From NCBI GenBank assembly GCA_963664875.1, contig OY761611.1:704001-768000 (forward strand): a stretch of 64,000 nucleotides of DNA. The letters are read 5' to 3'. This document shows positions 61,628 to 64,000 of the stretch, in pieces. The notes under the pieces were generated by a model. The model made no database searches, was not told the origin of the DNA, and saw only the letters and a program-made list of their open reading frames with translations. The translations under genes were made by a program, and so were the position numbers. Positions within the stretch are counted from its first letter, which is position 1, and each line of letters opens with the position of its first letter. This DNA is from Candidatus Kapaibacterium sp. (GTDB lineage Bacteria; Bacteroidota; Ignavibacteria; Kapaibacteriales; UBA2268).

Positions 61628-62842
61628 CTATTTGATAATTATTTTTAGAATTGAGAAGTCATCGTCAAGTTGAGGGCTACCGTTTACTTCGATTTGGTGC
61701 TTATATAATTCGTGAAGCTCATCTTTTCCCTGAATTGAAACATTTTCCAAAAATCTATGCAATGCTTCTACATTCCAAGGAACGGTATTGGATTTGAATA
61801 TTTCATAAGTTCCATCTGAAAAGATGTACAATTTAGCTTCTCTGCTAACTTTTTCTTCTTCTTCTACATAACCCATTATAGCTTCAGCACCAATTACATA
61901 ATTCCTTGTGAAAAGACTTTTAGGTTCCCCGTATTTATTTATCAGCAAAGCAGGTGGATGACCCGCTGAAGCATATTTGAGTATTTCTGTTTCTTTGTTG
62001 TAAACTCCGTACCACATAGTAAAATATATGTTATTATGACTTTTCATCTGGTATATTTGATTCAAATTACTAATAACATTTTTTGGACTTTTAAAATCTG
62101 TGTTGGGCAAAATTCTGCTTCTTAGATTGTTTAATACCGAAACAGAATGGAGCGCCGGACCTACTCCGTGCCCGCAAACATCAAGTAAATACATTGCGAG
62201 ATGATTTTCATCTAACCAGTGAAAACCAAAAGAGTCGCCACCAAGTGTGGCTGCCGGGATAAACATCCAGTCTGCTTTTATAAATTCGTCATCAGTTTTC
62301 TGTGGCAACAGTGATTGGATATAGTCGGCAGCTATTCCAAGATCTGCCTCTAAAGTCTCAAGTAAAGCTTGTTTTTCTTCATTGATGACTGATAATTGTA
62401 GATTGAGCTCAGACATTTCTTTAGCATGTTCCAGACTTGCGTCTCTGCTTCTTTTTAGTTCCACGTGGGTTTTGACACGAACCAAAAGCTCTTCACGATT
62501 GAATGGTTTGGTAATGTAATCCACACCACCACATTTGAACGCCTCGACTATATCATCGGTTTCAGCTTTGGCAGTGATAAAAATTACCGGGATGTCTTTT
62601 GTTTCAATATTGGCTTTTAATTTCTTGCAAACTTCATAACCATCCATCTCCGGCATCATTATATCTAATAAAATCAAATCCGGTTTATCGGTCTTGAGAA
62701 GCTCCAAAGCTTCAAATCCGTTAGATACCAAAGAAATTTCGTAGTCATTTTCGAGTAAGATATTCCCAATAACTTTAAGATTTTTCAGAACATCATCCAC
62801 TACTAATACGTATGGTTTTATGATAGTTTGTGTCGAACTCAT
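61628..62842 (-). CDS. Response regulator receiver fused to PP2C/SpoIIE (RsbU-like) phosphatase
   Basis: VVDD, LLDIMMP, DYITKPF; QSLLP, LGGD, DVCGHG, AGHPP, SDG, DDFS; start revised to ATG 62842. Confidence 0.92.
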   Translation of the reverse strand: MSSTQTIIKPYVLVVDDVLKNLKVIGNILLENDYEISLVSNGFEALELLKTDKPDLILLDIMMPEMDGYEVCKKLKANIETKDIPVIFITAKAETDDIVEAFKCGGVDYITKPFNREELLVRVKTHVELKRSRDASLEHAKEMSELNLQLSVINEEKQALLETLEADLGIAADYIQSLLPQKTDDEFIKADWMFIPAATLGGDSFGFHWLDENHLAMYLLDVCGHGVGPALHSVSVLNNLRSRILPNTDFKSPKNVISNLNQIYQMKSHNNIYFTMWYGVYNKETEILKYASAGHPPALLINKYGEPKSLFTRNYVIGAEAIMGYVEEEEKVSREAKLYIFSDGTYEIFKSNTVPWNVEALHRFLENVSIQGKDELHELYKHQIEVNGSPQLDDDFSILKIIIK

Positions 62843-62949
62843 ATTTTGCTGTCTGCAAGAAGATAAAAAAGTAAAATATTCGACAAAAATACTAATATTT
62901 TCCTTATATTTTGCAGAGTATTTAGAATCTATATTATAGGAATCATCAA

Positions 62950-63996
62950 ATGGAATTGAGATTTGCGACACTAACGGCTCTTTTTTTAATCTGTTTTAGT
63001 AGCTTACAAGCCCAAAAATTTAAACGCACCGCAGAAGAGGAAGAATTGGATAAAACCGGATTAAATATTATGTTTTTTTACGAAGCACACTCTTATTCTT
63101 CTTATTTCGACTCCGATGGTAATAAAATCGGTAATATTGATATTGATATCGAAAAAATACGCGAGCAGGTTGAAACTGATACAATAACAGTACTTAACCC
63201 TGCAAACTGGACTTTTGACATCAACAAGAAAAAATATGGATTGCATGCCGAATACTTTTTTGATAAAGATAACATGATTTATGTAACTATGCCATTCGAG
63301 ACGAATACTCTCAATCAACAAATCACTTACAAAATTGCTTTAAAGCAAAATGTGAACTATCAGGATATTGTAAAAAATAAATACGCTGAGCAATCAAAGA
63401 GTTTCTTGTCCTATATTGCTATGGGTGGAGAATATTTTACATATAAAAAAGATTTTTTCAATTCTGTGCTGGGCGAGATTAGAATTCCGGGTGGATCTCA
63501 GGGTAATATCCCTGCATCAGAAGTTACTACAAGCACTGTACAGGGAAGCACTGGTCAGGATTCAATAATTCTAAACACACCTCTCCCGGGGCAAAACAAA
63601 GAATTTTTAAGTGATGGTGCATTCGAGCTACACTTAGGAACTTCTACGGGTTATAATTTCCGAAAAGCTAAAATTCAGACTACTTTCAAATACCTATTAA
63701 GAGGTGAAGAGCTCTCTGACCAGATATACAATGCTACATCCTTGTATATCCGCACAATGCAGGAAGCTTTTATCAAATTGGGCATGAATTACTACCATAG
63801 CTTAGATGATGCCCCTGCAGGCTATTACTTCGATTATACCAAAACACCTATTTACGACCGAACCCTAAATTTTGATATGGGCTTTCAAGTCTATATCAAA
63901 AAGCTAATTATAGATTTAAATATGCAAATACCTGTTTGGGGTAAAAATTCTGCCTCCAATAGTGTATTTACAATGAAATTAGGATGGCACATATAA
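62950..63996 (+). CDS. Exported hypothetical protein, probable outer-membrane beta-barrel
   Basis: Signal peptide LQA|Q; aromatic-rich amphipathic strands; ends MKLGWHI. Confidence 0.7.
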   Translation: MELRFATLTALFLICFSSLQAQKFKRTAEEEELDKTGLNIMFFYEAHSYSSYFDSDGNKIGNIDIDIEKIREQVETDTITVLNPANWTFDINKKKYGLHAEYFFDKDNMIYVTMPFETNTLNQQITYKIALKQNVNYQDIVKNKYAEQSKSFLSYIAMGGEYFTYKKDFFNSVLGEIRIPGGSQGNIPASEVTTSTVQGSTGQDSIILNTPLPGQNKEFLSDGAFELHLGTSTGYNFRKAKIQTTFKYLLRGEELSDQIYNATSLYIRTMQEAFIKLGMNYYHSLDDAPAGYYFDYTKTPIYDRTLNFDMGFQVYIKKLIIDLNMQIPVWGKNSASNSVFTMKLGWHI

Positions 63997-64000
63997 TCTA

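Overview
AT-rich bacterial chromosomal window, most consistent with the FCB superphylum (Ignavibacteria/'Kapabacteria'-like). The evidence is five proteins with type IX secretion (T9SS) C-terminal sorting domains, TAnnTTTG-type promoters, clear GGAG Shine-Dalgarno sites and ileS-dksA-lspA synteny; the taxonomy is my inference. Most genes are housekeeping or metabolic: mazG, acyl-CoA dehydrogenase, UvrD-type helicase, gmhB, mdh, eukaryotic-type citrate synthase, UDP-glucuronate decarboxylase, ileS, lspA, RluD-type synthase, fbaB, recG, uvrA, etfBA, two identical tRNA-Met(CAT), gpmI, and GlmU-like and FKBP proteins. I saw no CRISPR array, prophage, integrase or transposase. The most notable items are: (1) an ECF sigma operon whose putative anti-sigma factor has an inner-membrane helix, a long linker and a C-terminal outer-membrane beta-barrel, followed by a free-standing paralog of that barrel; (2) an orphan CheZ-like phosphatase with a repeated C-terminal DDIDALFG motif; (3) an enoyl-reductase-like SDR followed by an apparently catalytically dead paralog; (4) a convergent pair of paralogous T9SS cargo proteins with a domain I do not recognise; (5) a structured CA-rich candidate ncRNA at about 9.5 kb; (6) a nested REP/MITE-like mosaic between ileS and dksA; (7) a DksA-like protein with an AT-hook-like motif and a broken C4 zinc site. 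All calls come from reading motifs by eye; no searches were run.
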